A stretch of DNA of 64,000 nt from an uncultured Bacillota bacterium. Its GTDB lineage: Bacteria > Bacillota > DTU025 > MWDF01. Within the stretch, counting starts at the first letter, position 1. Each line of letters opens with the position of its first letter. Where the stretch lies: NCBI GenBank assembly GCA_963823655.1, contig CAWGMK010000012.1, forward strand, positions 32,001 through 96,000. Direction: 5' to 3'. The position numbers and the translations under genes are program-made. The notes beneath the pieces were generated by a model. It made no database searches, was not told the origin of the DNA, and saw only the letters and a list, made by a program, of their open reading frames with translations. Shown in pieces: positions 63,099 to 64,000 of the stretch.

Positions 63099-63316
63099 GT
63101 CGAAGTAAAGCTGCGCTTGACTACAACATCTCAACCTCATCAGGCAGCAGCAGAATGGTCGGCACTCTGCAAGTAAAGATGGGCTTGACTCATAGGCGAA
63201 GTAAAGCTGTGCTTGACTACAACATCTCAACCTCATCAGGCGGCAGCAGAATGGTCGGCACTCTGCAAGTAAAGATGGGCTTGACTCATAGGTAGAGTAA
63301 AGCTGCGCTTGACTAC
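63099..63316. repeat. 96-bp tandem array, right part (2 full units + 22 bp)
   Basis: Unit starts at 63103, 63199 and 63295. Confidence 0.92.
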
Positions 63317-63542
63317 ACTGCTTTTGCAATATCGATCTTCATTAGCAAAGTGCCTTTGGGTATCTGCAATAACTACTAATGTTCTAGTTCCTTCGCCATA
63401 TTTGGCTATTAGGAATACTGGATAAGGAATTGACGGAGGACGTGTTCAGTATGTACTTAGAAAAAAGATTGTAAGAATGAACAATTCGGCAGGGGAATAA
63501 CACTGTGAGGGCTAATCTTTCATTTGCTAAGGAGGAAATGAT

Positions 63543-64000
63543 ATGGACGATGGAGTCAAGCTGGTAGAACTAACAGGCGAGAATACTCTTTGTATCCGTA
63601 CGAGGGCATCTATGGAAACATTGCCGATGACGATCGGCGGCTGCTACAGCAGGATCCTTGAATATCTCGAGATACTGGGAGAAGAGTGCGCCGGAGTGCC
63701 TTATGTCGCGTATTTCAACCTTGATATGACGAACATGGATGTCGAGATTGGCTTTCCTGTCGCAAAGCCCTTGCCCGCAAGCGGAGAGATGAAGCCCGGG
63801 CACGGTGCTTCCGGCCTCTGCGTCGAGGCGATGTACAAAGGCCCCTATTCAGCCATGGTAATGACCTACAACTATGTCGCCGATTGGATGGCCAAGCACG
63901 GATATGAGAATGCCGGCCCCTACTATGAGTATTATTACAACTCGCCGATGGAAGTGCCGGAAAGCGAGCTGCTTACTAAGATAGTCATACCAGTAAGAAA
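63543..64000 (+). CDS. GyrI-like small-molecule-binding protein (runs off window end)
   Basis: Not in the ORF track. Manual translation MDDGVKLVELTGENTLCIRTR…DVEIGFPV…YKGPYS…YEYYYNSP…LLTKIVIP; RBS AAGGAGG. Confidence 0.85.
   Translation, partial: MDDGVKLVELTGENTLCIRTRASMETLPMTIGGCYSRILEYLEILGEECAGVPYVAYFNLDMTNMDVEIGFPVAKPLPASGEMKPGHGASGLCVEAMYKGPYSAMVMTYNYVADWMAKHGYENAGPYYEYYYNSPMEVPESELLTKIVIPVR

Noticed and set aside
61556-63316. CRISPR or TIGR-like guide array
   Set aside because: Sequences between the conserved motifs are nearly identical from unit to unit, and there is no cas or Nop-domain gene nearby.
63570-63803. Minus-strand 77-aa ORF
   Set aside because: Antisense to the GyrI-like gene starting at 63543, which the ORF track omitted because it lacks a stop inside the window.

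Overview
The window appears to join two unrelated sequences at about 19.7 kb. Bases 1-19,690 look like Paenibacillus. They hold (i) a run of small accessory genes, each separated by a co-oriented quasi-palindromic site (consensus TTCAACTAWC-GGGCAG-GATAGTTGAA) that resembles a tyrosine-recombinase cassette array; (ii) two one-ended Tn1546-like Tn3 remnants, one of which truncates an AraC-type regulator; and (iii) a hemicellulose-utilisation locus (cohesin-SLH protein, Gfo/Idh/MocA oxidoreductase, GH127, GH43, GH3-CBM6, sugar ABC transporter) with a shared three-copy operator. Bases 19,700-64,000 come from a different, probably anaerobic Bacillota genome with many single-base frameshifts, probably long-read errors. 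This part carries two expanded families of uncharacterised surface lipoproteins (7 and 3 copies, including a mosaic tandem triplet), mostly preceded by sigma-H-like promoters. It also has lipid/redox enzymes, azlCD, a VTC operon, a peptide ABC transporter with an M14 peptidase, a TipA/Mta-like MerR gene with its 19-bp-spacer promoter, and a 96-bp tandem array of palindromic motifs split by an IS3 (IS407-group) element. No rRNA, intact tRNA or CRISPR-cas was found. All family assignments come from motif recognition, not database searches.
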